A DNA stretch of 64,000 nucleotides from Hormiphora californensis (Eukaryota > Animalia > Ctenophora): the NCBI GenBank assembly GCA_020137815.1, contig CM035355.1, forward strand, positions 8,370,001 to 8,434,000, given 5' to 3'. Shown here one piece after another: positions 51,101-61,312 of this stretch; the first letter of the stretch is position 1; every line of letters starts with the position of its first letter. The position numbers and the translations under genes are program-made. The notes beneath the pieces were generated by a model. That model had not been told where the DNA came from and did no database searches. It saw only the letters and a list, made by a program, of their open reading frames with translations.

Positions 51101-54100
51101 GGAGGGGTGGGGTGGAGGGGTGGGGGTGGAGGAGGTGGGGGTGGAGGGTGGGGGTGGAGGGTTAGTAATGTTAGGAGGATACACTGCCGTCTGCTCCAGC
51201 TCCCCTACTGGAGGGGTGGGGTTAGTAATGTTAGGGGGTGGAGTGGTGGGGGTGGAGGGGTGAGGGTAGAGGGGCCGGGTGGGGGTGGAGGGTTGGTAAT
51301 GTTAGGAGGGTACACTGCCGTCTGCTCCAGCTCCCCTACTGGAGGGGTGGAGGGTTGGTAATGTTAGGGGGTGAGCGTGGAGGGGCCGGGTGGAGGTGGA
51401 GGGTTAGTAATGTTAGGGGTGGAGGGGTGAGGGTGGAGGGGTGGAGGTGGAGGGTATGATACCGTCCAATGATACTGTTCCCGGAGATATATAATGGAGA
51501 TATAATGGTGCACCTAAGAGAAAAAGAAGTTGTTTTCATGCAGGCTGATTGTTTACTTTTTCATGACTCAGATTATATGCTACTCTTTGGCGGGAAAACC
51601 ATGCGGGGGAAAGATAAGAGCATGCATACCTAGTTCCTCACCACTGTTGTTTCTCGTGTAGGCTCGGGGTGGACTAGCTGTAGTGTGGACGAAATGATTC
51701 AATACCTGTTGAGAGGAGTATGAAATGTTAGCAGCTGGATCTTGGGTATGATGTCCCTTCTCTCTTCCTCTCTCTCTCTCCGTGCTTACCAGCGGCATGA
51801 CCACAAGGGACTATCACAGAAGGGGATATGTCGCCAGCACTGGATGAGATGGTGCTGCCCCCCCCCCCCCCCCCCCCCCCCCGATGAGATGGTGCTAACC
51901 TGTGTGTCCCTACTGAAGCATAACAGAATCTGAATCAGGAGATCCTCAAAGACAAAGTATGCCTCATGGTTCCCAGCTGTGAGCTTGACGTCTTGGAGAA
52001 ACAGTCTATCAACCAGCAGCTCGTACCTATAATATGGAGTTTGGAGATGTTATGAAATGTTGTCACAAAGTTTTGTTACAAAGTCTTGAGGCTGTAATAC
52101 CGTATAGGTAACACTCTCCGTTGTCTCTTACTTGAGTTACAAACTAAGTTTTCATTACCCTTACAATACAATAAAATCGTTTCCTTACTTGAAGACACTG
52201 GATTTCAGTTGGTTAAAGAACTGATAGGATTGTTGGTTGATATCAAGACCCAGTGCAGCCAGCCACACATCTCCTCTTTGGGTTGGGTAGCAACCCTGTT
52301 GGAGGTACCTCTGGGCTGTTGGCATGTAACCCAGTTGGACAACCTGGGATATTGGGATGGGATATTGGGATGTTTAGTGAGTATTAAAACATTAGGGCTA
52401 CAGTTTCCAAACAAATAAAAACATTTCCCTGAAGTTCAAAAGCAAGACCGTCTTGTACCTTGGTTCCCATCCGCTGCCATTCTGGGTTAGCCCCTTCCAA
52501 ATCGTCAGCCCCTGTTTGAAAGTGCTGCGTTGACAGGTTAGCAAATAGAACACGGAGCTGCTGGGTTGTCCTCAGATGGAGTCGAACCTAGGGAGGTCTA
52601 TAGTGAAGAATGTTAGGGGAATCATAAAGGTCAGTATTACAAGTAGATCTCTTTGTGAATGTACTTTTTACAGAACTAACAAGATAAAGTCTAAATTATC
52701 TCCCACCTGTATGAGACCCCACACACTGGTCCCAGATCTCTCATTTACATCTGAGTGATCGTATATTTTAGAGGTGTAATTGGGGGATGTTAGAGATGTT
52801 AGTACCTCCATGAAGTCCTTTGGGGCATAAACCTGGAAAGAAAACAGACGATGGAATGAACCCCCAATGAATAATACTCCAGCCTCCTATTTACCGATTT
52901 TGCACTAGAATAATGTAATATAAGTCGACTATCATCTAGTGCTTTCTCCAAAAAATATCCCCTGCTAAAAACCAGTTTACGAATCATGGCCTCCTAAACA
53001 GTGCTACACATTAAACTAGTAGTAACGTACAGGTCGAATATCTCCCATGTGTTCATCACATATTGTCATGTCCTTCCATCTCTGGGTAAAGTCAGCTTGT
53101 TCCCTGATAGTCCGCATCCTTGCCAGCGCTATACTCTTCTCTAGACACATTGTGTTGATACTCTTCAGAATCCTCTTCTCCCAGCGAGCCTGAATAATGA
53201 ATTATATAATGGGAGGATTCATACAGATATAATTGGAATCTGTATTGGTTCCGGGATTCAAAGGGGATCAGTTCAGTTCAAACTTTCTTACTAATTAAAT
53301 CCAGTGTTCATTAAATGGTTCTCTGTAATCTCAAAGTGGCAGTACCTGAGCTGTCCGGATGAATGCCATGGGTTCTCTGTAATCTCAAAGTGGCTCAGTA
53401 CCTGAGCTGTCCGGATGAATGTCATGGGTTCTTTGTAATCTCAAAGTGGCTCAGTACCTGAGCTGTCCGGATGAATGTCATGGGTTCTCTGTAATCTCAA
53501 AGTGGCTCAGTACCTGAGCTGTCCGGATGAATGTCATGGGTTCTCTGTAATCTCAAAGTGGCAGTACCTGAGCTGTCCGGATGAATGTCATGGGTTCTCT
53601 GTAATCTCAAAGTGGCAGTACCTGAGCTGTCCGGATGAATGTCATGGGTTCTCTGTAATCTCAAAGTGGCTCAGTACCTGAGCTGTCCGGATGAATGTCA
53701 TGGGTTCTTTGTAATCTCAAAGTGGCAGTACCTGAGCTGTCCGGATGAATGTCATGGGTTCTCTGTAATCTCAAAGTGGCAGTACCTGAGCTGTCCGGAT
53801 GAATGTCATGGGTTCTCTGTAATCTCAAAGTGGTTCAGTACCTGAGCTGTCCGGATGAATGTCATGGGTTCTCTGTAATCTCAAAGTGGCTCAGTACCTG
53901 AGCTGTCCGGATGAATGTCATGGGTTCTTTGTAATCTCAAAGTGGCAGTACCTGAGCTGTCCGGATGAATGTCATGGGTTCTCTGTAATCTCAAAGTGGC
54001 ACAGTACCTGAGCTGTCCGGATGAATGTCATGGGTTCTCTGTAATCTCAAAGTGGCAGTACCTGAGCTGTCCGGATGAATGTCATGGGTTCTCTGTAATC

Positions 54101-57100
54101 TCAAAGTGGCAGTACCTGAGCTGTCCGGATGAATGTCATGGGTTCTCTGTAATCTCAAAGTGGCAGTACCTGAGCTGTCCGGATGAATGTCATGGGTTCT
54201 CTGTAATCTCAAAGTGGCCAGTACCTGAGCTGTCCGGATGAATGTCATGGGTTCTCTGTAATCTCAAAGTGGCCAGTACCTGAGCTGTCCGGATGAATGT
54301 CATGGGTTCTCTGTAATCTCAAAGTGGCCAGTACCTGAGCTGTCCGGATGAATGTCATGGGTTCTCTGTAATCTCAAAGTGGCCAGTACCTGAGCTGTCC
54401 GGATGAATGTCATGGGTTCTCTGTAATCTCAAAGTGGCCAGTACCTGAGCTGTCCGGATGAATGTCATGGGTTCTCTGTAATCTCAAAGTGGCCAGTACC
54501 TGAGCTGTCCGGATGAATGTCATGGGTTCTCTGTAATCTCAAAGTGGCCAGTACCTGAGCTGTCCGGATGAATGTCATGGGTTCTCTGTAATCTCAAAGT
54601 GGCCAGTACCTGAGCTGTCCGGATGAATGTCATGGGTTCTCTGTAATCTCAAAGTGGCCAGTACCTGAGCTGTCCGGATGAATGTCATGGGTTCTCTGTA
54701 ATCTCAAAGTGGCAGTACCTGAGCTGTCCGGATGAATGTCATGGGTTCTCTGTAATCTCAAAGTGGCAGTACCTGAGCTGTCCGGATGAATGTCATGGGT
54801 TCTCTGTAATCTCAAAGTGGCCAGTACCTGAGCTGTCCGGATGAATGTCATGGGTTCTCTGTAATCTCAAAGTGGCAGTACCTGAGCTGTCCGGATGAAT
54901 GTCATGGGTTCTCTGTAATCTCAAAGTGGCCAGTACCTGAGCTGTCCGGATGAATGTCATGGGTTCTCTGTAATCTCAAAGTGGCAGTACCTGAGCTGTC
55001 CGGATGAATGTCATGGGTTCTCTGTAATCTCAAAGTGGCAGTACCTGAGCTGTCCGGATGAATGTCATGGGTTCTCTGTAATCTCAAAGTGGCAGTACCT
55101 GAGCTGTCCGGATGAATGTCATGGGTTCTCTGTAATCTCAAAGTGGCAGTACCTGAGCTGTCCGGATGAATGTCATGGGTTCTCTGTAATCTCAAAGTGG
55201 CAGTACCTGAGCTGTCCGGATGAATGTCATGGGTTCTCTGTAATCTCAAAGTGGCAGTACCTGAGCTGTCCGGATGAATGTCATGGGTTCTCTGTAATCT
55301 CAAAGTGGCAGTACCTGAGCTGTCCGGATGAATGTCATGGGTTCTCTGTAATCTCAAAGTGGCAGTACCTGAGCTGTCCGGATGAATGTCATGGGTTCTC
55401 TGTAATCTCAAAGTGGCCAGTACCTGAGCTGTCCGGATGAATGTCATGGGTTCTCTGTAATCTCAAAGTGGCCAGTACCTGAGCTGTCCGGATGAATGTC
55501 ATGGGTTCTCTGTAATCTCAAAGTGGCAGTACCTGAGCTGTCCGGATGAATGTCATGGGTTCTCTGTAATCTCAAAGTGGCCAGTACCTGAGCTGTCCGG
55601 ATGAATGTCATGGGTTCTCTGTAATCTCAAAGTGGCAGTACCTGAGCTGTCCGGATGAATGTCATGGGTTCTCTGTAATCTCAAAGTGGCCAGTACCTGA
55701 GCTGTCCGGATGAATGTCATGGGTTCTCTGTAATCTCAAAGTGGCCAGTACCTGAGCTGTCCGGATGAATGTCATGGGTTCTCTGTAATCTCAAAGTGGC
55801 AGTACCTGAGCTGTCCGGATGAATGTCATGGGTTCTCTGTAATCTCAAAGTGGCCAGTACCTGAGCTGTCCGGATGAATGTCATGGGTTCTCTGTAATCT
55901 CAAAGTGGCAGTACCTGAGCTGTCCGGATGAATGTCATGGGTTCTCTGTAATCTCAAAGTGGCAGTACCTGAGCTGTCCGGATGAATGTCATGGGTTCTC
56001 TGTAATCTCAAAGTGGCAGTACCTGAGCTGTCCGGATGAATGTCATGGGTTCTCTGTAATCTCAAAGTGGCAGTACCTGAGCTGTCCGGATGAATGTCAT
56101 GGGTTCTCTGTAATCTCAAAGTGGCAGTACCTGAGCTGTCCGGATGAATGTCATGGGTTCTCTGTAATCTCAAAGTGGCAGTACCTGAGCTGTCCGGATG
56201 AATGTCATGGGTTCTCTGTAATCTCAAAGTGGCCAGTACCTGAGCTGTCCGGATGAATGTCATGGGTTCTCTGTAATCTCAAAGTGGCAGTACCTGAGCT
56301 GTCCGGATGAATGTCATGGGTTCTCTGTAATCTCAAAGTGGCAGTACCTGAGCTGTCCGGATGAATGTCATGGGTTCTCTGTAATCTCAAAGTGGCCAGT
56401 ACCTGAGCTGTCCGGATGAATGTCATGGGTTCTCTGTAATCTCAAAGTGGCAGTACCTGAGCTGTCCGGATGAATGTCATGGGTTCTCTGTAATCTCAAA
56501 GTGGCAGTACCTGAGCTGTCCGGATGAATGTCATGGGTTCTCTGTAATCTCAAAGTGGCAGTACCTGAGCTGTCCGGATGAATGTCATGGGTTCTCTGTA
56601 ATCTCAAAGTGGCAGTACCTGAGCTGTCCGGATGAATGTCATGGGTTCTCTGTAATCTCAAAGTGGCAGTACCTGAGCTGTCCGGATGAATGTCATGGGT
56701 TCTCTGTAATCTCAAAGTGGCAGTACCTGAGCTGTCCGGATGAATGTCATGGGTTCTCTGTAATCTCAAAGTGGCAGTACCTGAGCTGTCCGGATGAATG
56801 TCATGGGTTCTCTGTAATCTCAAAGTGGCAGTACCTGAGCTGTCCGGATGAATGTCATGGGTTCTCTGTAATCTCAAAGTGGCTCAGTACCTGAGCTGTC
56901 CGGATGAATGTCATGGGTTCTCTGTAATCTCAAAGTGGCACAGTACCTGAGCTGTCCGGATGAATGTCATGGGTTCTCTGTAATCTCAAAGTGGCAGTAC
57001 CTGAGCTGTCCGGATGAATGTCATGGGTTCTCTGTAATCTCAAAGTGGCAGTACCTGAGCTGTCCGGATGAATGTCATGGGTTCTCTGTAATCTCAAAGT

Positions 57101-60100
57101 GGCACAGTACCTGAGCTGTCCGGATGAATGTCATGGGTTCTCTGTAATCTCAAAGTGGCACAGTACCTGAGCTGTCCGGATGAATGTCATGGGTTCTCTG
57201 TAATCTCAAAGTGGCAGTACCTGAGCTGTCCGGATGAATGTCATGGGTTCTCTGTAATCTCAAAGTGGCTCAGTACCTGAGCTGTCCGGATGAATGTCAT
57301 GGGTTCTCTGTAATCTCAAAGTGGCCAGTACCTGAGCTGTCCGGATGAATGTCATGGGTTCTCTGTAATCTCAAAGTGGCCAGTACCTGAGCTGTCCGGA
57401 TGAATGTCATGGGTTCTCTGTAATCTCAAAGTGGCAGTACCTGAGCTGTCCGGATGAATGTCATGGGTTCTCTGTAATCTCAAAGTGGCCAGTACCTGAG
57501 CTGTCCGGATGAATGTCATGGGTTCTCTGTAATCTCAAAGTGGCCAGTACCTGAGCTGTCCGGATGAATGTCATGGGTTCTCTGTAATCTCAAAGTGGCC
57601 AGTACCTGAGCTGTCCGGATGAATGTCATGGGTTCTCTGTAATCTCAAAGTGGCAGTACCTGAGCTGTCCGGATGAATGTCATGGGTTCTCTGTAATCTC
57701 AAAGTGGCCAGTACCTGAGCTGTCCGGATGAATGTCATGGGTTCTCTGTAATCTCAAAGTGGCTCAGTACCTGAGCTGTCCGGATGAATGTCATGGGTTC
57801 TCTGTAATCTCAAAGTGGCTCAGTACCTGAGCTGTCCGGATGAATGCAATGGTTCTCTGTAATCTCAAAGTGGCAGTACCTGAGCTGTCCGGATGAATGT
57901 CATGGGTTCTCTGTAATCTCAAAGTGGCACAGTACCTGAGCTGTCCGGATGAATGTCATGGGTTCTCTGTAATCTCAAAGTGGCAGTACCTGAGCTGTCC
58001 GGATGAATGTCATGGGTTCTCTGTAATCTCAAAGTGGCACAGTACCTGAGCTGTCCGGATGAATGTCATGGGTTCTCTGTAATCTCAAAGTGGCTCAGTA
58101 CCTGAGCTGTCCGGATGAATGTCATGGGTTCTCTGTAATCTCAAAGTGGCACAGTACCTGAGCTGTCCGGATGAATGTCATGGGTTCTCTGTAATCTCAA
58201 AGTGGCACAGTACCTGAGCTGTCCGGATGAATGTCATGGGTTCTCTGTAATCTCAAAGTGGCTCAGTACCTGAGCTGTCCGGATGAATGTCATGGGTTCT
58301 CTGTAATCTCAAAGTGGCAGTACCTGAGCTGTCCGGATGAATGTCATGGGTTCTCTGTAATCTCAAAGTGGCAGTACCTGAGCTGTCCGGATGAATGTCA
58401 TGGGTTCTCTGTAATCTCAAAGTGGCAGTACCTGAGCTGTCCGGATGAATGTCATGGGTTCTCTGTAATCTCAAAGTGGCAGTACCTGAGCTGTCCGGAT
58501 GAATGTCATGGGTTCTCTGTAATCTCAAAGTGGCAGTACCTGAGCTGTCCGGATGAATGTCATGGGTTCTCTGTAATCTCAAAGTGGCAGTACCTGAGCT
58601 GTCCGGATGAATGTCATGGGTTCTCTGTAATCTCAAAGTGGCAGTACCTGAGCTGTCCGGATGAATGTCATGGGTTCTCTGTAATCTCAAAGTGGCAGTA
58701 CCTGAGCTGTCCGGATGAATGTCATGGGTTCTCTGTAATCTCAAAGTGGCAGTACCTGAGCTGTCCGGATGAATGTCATGGGTTCTCTGTAATCTCAAAG
58801 TGGCAGTACCTGAGCTGTCCGGATGAATGTCATGGGTTCTCTGTAATCTCAAAGTGGCTCAGTACCTGAGCTGTCCGGATGAATGTCATGGGTTCTCTGT
58901 AATCTCAAAGTGGCACAGTACCTGAGCTGTCCGGATGAATGTCATGGGTTCTCTGTAATCTCAAAGTGGCACAGTACCTGAGCTGTCCGGATGAATGTCA
59001 TGGGTTCTCTGTAATCTCAAAGTGGCAGTACCTGAGCTGTCCGGATGAATGTCATGGGTTCTCTGTAATCTCAAAGTGGCAGTACCTGAGCTGTCCGGAT
59101 GAATGTCATGGGTTCTCTGTAATCTCAAAGTGGCTCAGTACCTGAGCTGTCCGGATGAATGTCATGGGTTCTCTGTAATCTCAAAGTGGCACAGTACCTG
59201 AGCTGTCCGGATGAATGTCATGGGTTCTCTGTAATCTCAAAGTGGCCAGTACCTGAGCTGTCCGGATGAATGTCATGGGTTCTCTGTAATCTCAAAGTGG
59301 CCAGTACCTGAGCTGTCCGGATGAAAGGGCAGTACCTGAGCTGTCCGGATGAATGTCATGGGTTCTCTGTAATCTCAAAGTGGCAGTACCTGAGCTGTCC
59401 GGATGAATGTCATGGGTTCTCTGTAATCTCAAAGTGGCAGTACCTGAGCTGTCCGGATGAATGTCATGGGTTCTTTGTAATCTCAAAGTGGCAGTACCTG
59501 AGCTGTCCGGATGAATGTCATGGGTTCTCTGTAATCTCAAAGTGGCACAGTACCTGAGCTGTCCGGATGAATGTCATGGGTTCTCTGTAATCTCAAAGTG
59601 GCACAGTACCTGAGCTGTTCGGATGAATGTCATGGGTTCTTTGTAATCTCAAAGTGGCAGTACCTGAGCTGTTCGGATGAATGTCATGGGTTCTTTGTTC
59701 GACTCAGCAGGTATCAAAGGGTGAGGGTTAGGTTTCCTGGTTAAAAGGTGACTGTAAACCACATTCCTTATCTTTACATCCCACCCAGAGTCCTTCAGAA
59801 ACACCTGAGATACCAAAAATTTATCTATTACATAACGATGGAAGTTACTGAAGTGTAACTATAATGATAACGTGACAGAGAATCGTGAAGGATCCCTCAC
59901 CGATCAAGTATCGCCAGTTCCTACTTACCGGTAAGGGTCAAGTATCAAATATCACCAGTTCCTACTTACCGGTAAGGGTCAAGTATCAAGTATCACCAGT
60001 TCCTACTTACCGGTAAGGGTCAAGTATCAAGTATCAAGCCAGTTCCTACTTACCGGTAAGGGTCAAGTATCAAGTATCGCCAGTTCCTACTTACCGGTAA

Positions 60101-60677
60101 GGGTCAAGTATCAAGTATCACCAGTTCCTACTTACCGGTAAGGGTCAAGTATCAAGTATCACCAGTTCCTACTTACCGGTAAGGGTCAAGTATCAAGTAT
60201 CACCAGTTCCTACTTACCGGTAAGGGTCAAGTATCAAGTATCGCCAGTTCCTACTTACCGGTAAGGGTCAAGTATCAAGTATCACCAGTTCCTACTTACC
60301 GGTAAGGGTCAAGTATCAAGTATCGCCAGTTCCTACTTACCGGTAAGGGTCAAGTATCAAGTATCAAGCCAGTTCCTACTTACCGGTAAGGGTCAAGTAT
60401 CAAGTATCAAGCCAGTTCCTACTTACCGGTAAGGGTCAAGTATCAAGTATCGCCAGTTCCTACTTACCGGTAAGGGTCAAGTATCAAGTATCAAGTATCA
60501 AGTATCAAGCCAGTTCCTACTTACCGGTACAAGTCGTTTGATGTCCTTTACGCTGACAAAAGGTTTAGCTAGTTCCTCTTGGAGAGCTCTCTTTAGAGTC
60601 CAGGCTAGGTCAGAAGACTGGATCACTGAGAGGATCTCCTTGGCGACAACCTCGTCCCCTGATGTTGTTGTTGTCAT
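29983..60677 (-). CDS. TBC1D19: TBC1 domain family member 19 (multi-exon, ~31 kb)
   Basis: Exons: start 60677; DSGWDVKIRNVVY...KEPMTFIRTAQ (~59664-59804); ARWEKRILKSINTMC (~53030-53189); VYAPKDFME; VKLTAGNHEAYFVFED (~51900-52026); YPPNGIIPFHGFSMYLAPLCF (~49363-49544); LFYHLREMGSHPLKHAFNWIMHAFAG (~48221-48353); QLLLLWDRIIGYNTLEIL (~30210-30332); AEAVLHDINSLQVIP (last exon, probable homopolymer slip). Confidence 0.92.
30780..31994 (-). CDS. Carbohydrate sulfotransferase-like (Sulfotransfer_2/HNK-1ST family) paralog 1, nested in TBC1D19 intron
   Basis: Type II TM anchor and stem; RHPLSRL, PTFSEFV, HWRP, KLE and YEMDYSYFGY motifs. Confidence 0.88.
   Translation of the reverse strand: MSRCFSILPYSGWIFHRLLNILIFLSALFLWYLIVTNQEALHWYFVNRDRTACIGVSTGPVPPQPPQDAFQGVVEEMRVVIEPKEDAAVPVQRNKFQQLDSPIEFLQPEPDDVFERFKERNNVVKEVCRFEESPNFEQSNMYYFPAIGATWLPLFGASSELWKRFFIDRHYSHNAQNYNLARLSRFILQYKKSKPGRGKKSRKFDKEPDDSLRFTIIRHPLSRLIAHFKKPQLDRGELSALKDQWVRPSIILGRNDPSWTEERRTKFEDELDLWIDDKLVEQSPDNPLLSEPTFSEFVRFIVDADDKGDERAYNVHWRPISEWLDICQNNIDIIVKLENMKSEIPVLLEQLNLKKHQEYFLNHADDINVEEYMGQLSRRDQERINDYYEMDYSYFGYKNVFVDN
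32646..34001 (-). CDS. Carbohydrate sulfotransferase-like paralog 2, nested in TBC1D19 intron
   Basis: Same architecture and motifs as paralog 1, with a longer stem containing an internal repeat. Confidence 0.88.
   Translation of the reverse strand: MARYFVILPYSGWVFHRLLNIFILFSALFLCYLIITNHWYFVHRAALDEDNAQPMRDIFQGIVPSDRVKMNKFQPPAVRPIGFKMKSENTESPGYHGNPQHVPVQEGPVSPGYHGNRQPLQEGPVSPEDHDVDTNPPQDIIEATEQFQDVLTRFEMRNKVIKDLCELEGNPDFQTSSMYYFPNLRATWMPLFGATTALWKKFFIDQYNVKRRSAPDQYNLGQLSRFLLQRYRSSRRWSGKKTRRMRREPDDSLRFTIIRHPLSRLIAHFKKPQLDRGELTALKDQWVRPSIILGRNDPSWTDEQRAKFEGELDLWIDGKLTPEQSPDNPLLAAPTFPEFVWFIIDRSEDGDDRAYNVHWRPISEWLDICQNDIDIIVKLENSKSEIPVLLDEINLSDHEDYFLDSQDDINVEDYMGQLSREDQEDINGFYKMDYRFLGYQPIFVETDSELD
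34191..41613. repeat. 45-bp tandem satellite, ~165 near-identical copies
   Basis: Unit TAGTGCGTAGAGGACAGTCTTATATATTCTAGAGAAATAGGACCA. Minus strand reads ...CCTATTTCTCTAG|AATATATAAG (acceptor-like). Copy number estimated from length. Confidence 0.98.
42855..44117 (-). CDS. Carbohydrate sulfotransferase-like paralog 3, nested in TBC1D19 intron
   Basis: Same motifs; ATG at 44117 (MIRCFSILPYSGW) aligns with the other paralogs' starts. Confidence 0.88.
   Translation of the reverse strand: MIRCFSILPYSGWVFHRLLNILIFLSALFLWYLIITNQEALHWYFFREVKCDEAEVSNHDNHGNHDNDGNPIQEQLPPQQLEEVLQKPKKEPPAVRAKFQPPEGPIEMRILQPEPEDVSERFTERNNVIKDLCTWEDSPDFEQSNMYHFPYLKATWAPVFGAGSTLWKKFFIDQYTTKRLNKYGDQYNLGYLGKFLLQYKKAKKGEGLKTRRFTKEPDDALRFTIIRHPLSRLIAHFKKPQLDRGELSALKDQWVRPSIILGRNDPSWTDEQRTKFEGELDLWIDDKLVEQSPDNPLLSPPTFSEFVRFIVDADDKGDERAYNVHWRPISEWLDICQNNIDIIVKLENMKSEIPPLLEKLKLASHKAYFLDNADRAEDVSVEEFMGQLSRRDQERINDFYEMDYRFFGYQPIFVDNDPEQ
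44953..45040. repeat. (GA)n microsatellite
   Basis: Directly visible. Confidence 0.9.
45933..47551. mobile_element. Non-autonomous DNA transposon, ~240-bp TIRs, TAG...CTA termini, 9-bp TSD (AcademH- or MuDR-like)
   Basis: TAGAGTGTCGGATTTTGAAATAATC... and ...GATTATTTCAAAATCCGACACTCTA. CCACATCCC at 45924-45932 and 47552-47560. Internal ~48-bp palindrome at 47161-47208. Confidence 0.9.
48331..48760. repeat. Tandem repeat (~5 copies, ~80-105 bp) of a TBC1D19 3' splice site + exon start
   Basis: Each unit reads CCTTTAATCCAG|GTGTGTTGTCTCTGTGTCTCC on the minus strand. Confidence 0.88.
48949..49038. repeat. Dispersed mini-element, copy 2
   Basis: Core matches 11160-11220; flanked by 27-bp direct repeats at 48922-48948 and 49039-49065. 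Confidence 0.75.
49515..51455. repeat. G-rich tandem repeat (~8 units) of a TBC1D19 3' splice site + exon start, interrupted by an AT-rich insertion
   Basis: Minus-strand unit CCAG|TAGGGGAGCTGGAGCAGACGGCAGTGTATCCTCCTAAC plus C-rich intron sequence. Confidence 0.85.
49757..50667. mobile_element. Probable non-autonomous element with many (T)GTGGATAA subterminal motifs
   Basis: AT-rich insert inside the G-rich array; imperfect inverted ends (GAC...AACACTTTT / AAAAGTGTT...GTC); internal ~85-bp duplication. Confidence 0.5.
53317..59697. repeat. 54-56-bp tandem satellite, ~117 copies, of a TBC1D19 exon end + 5' splice site
   Basis: Minus-strand unit GAACCCATGACATTCATCCGGACAGCTCAG|GTACTG(N0-2)CCACTTTGAGATTACAGA; the exon part encodes EPMTFIRTAQ. 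Confidence 0.97.
59903..60528. repeat. 41-43-bp tandem repeat (~15 copies) of the TBC1D19 first-intron 5' splice site
   Basis: Minus-strand unit ACCG|GTAAGTAGGAACTGG...; continuous with true exon end CTTGTACCG|GTAAGT. Confidence 0.92.
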
Positions 60678-61312
60678 ACTATATTGGGAAAATAGGGAGG
60701 CTGTGTTTAGGTAAATGTTAACTAAATTGTTGCAGGGAGACTAGGGGCTGGGTGAGTAGGGCATGGGGAAGCCAGTTGCTTTGGATACTGGGGGGTTACT
60801 GATATTGGCCAAGTAAAAACAACAGCACAGTATAACCAAGCCTCGATTTATCGGATTTCTAGCGGAAAAGATTGTTTATGCTAAATTGAGGTCCGGTTAT
60901 TGAGGTTTGACTATATATATGGAACTTGAAATAAGAATAATATGTAAGAAATAAGAATGATTGAATTGTATGCATGCTACATGAATAATTTTGTTAGTTT
61001 TTTTCCAAATTTCTACTTCAAACAGCAAAAGCTCACAAGTCACACATGCCGAGTGAGTGTCGATGAACCCATGCTACAATATGCCTGACATCTTACCCTA
61101 AGGTAAGCATGCGATGACAGTGCCGCCGCACTTTTTAGAGGAAAGTCCCTGTACGCAGTTGTTAGTCCGAAGTGACATCCTTGACTTGCTTACTGTTAAC
61201 CATTTGTGTAACGGAAAACAGGATGATGAACAATCAATAAAACCTCAAAGGAAGATGAAGGGTAACCTTTCATCTGGTATCTGCTGTATGGGGAAAGCCA
61301 ATCGTCAGATTC

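Noticed and set aside
49545-51455. Interstitial telomere (GGGGTTAG/TTAGGG-like motifs)
   Set aside because: Isolated motifs within a larger G-rich unit, not tandem TTAGGG.
53475-59557. Many CPDECHGF / THDIHPDS repeat ORFs
   Set aside because: Frame artefacts of the 54-bp satellite, broken by 55/56-bp variants.
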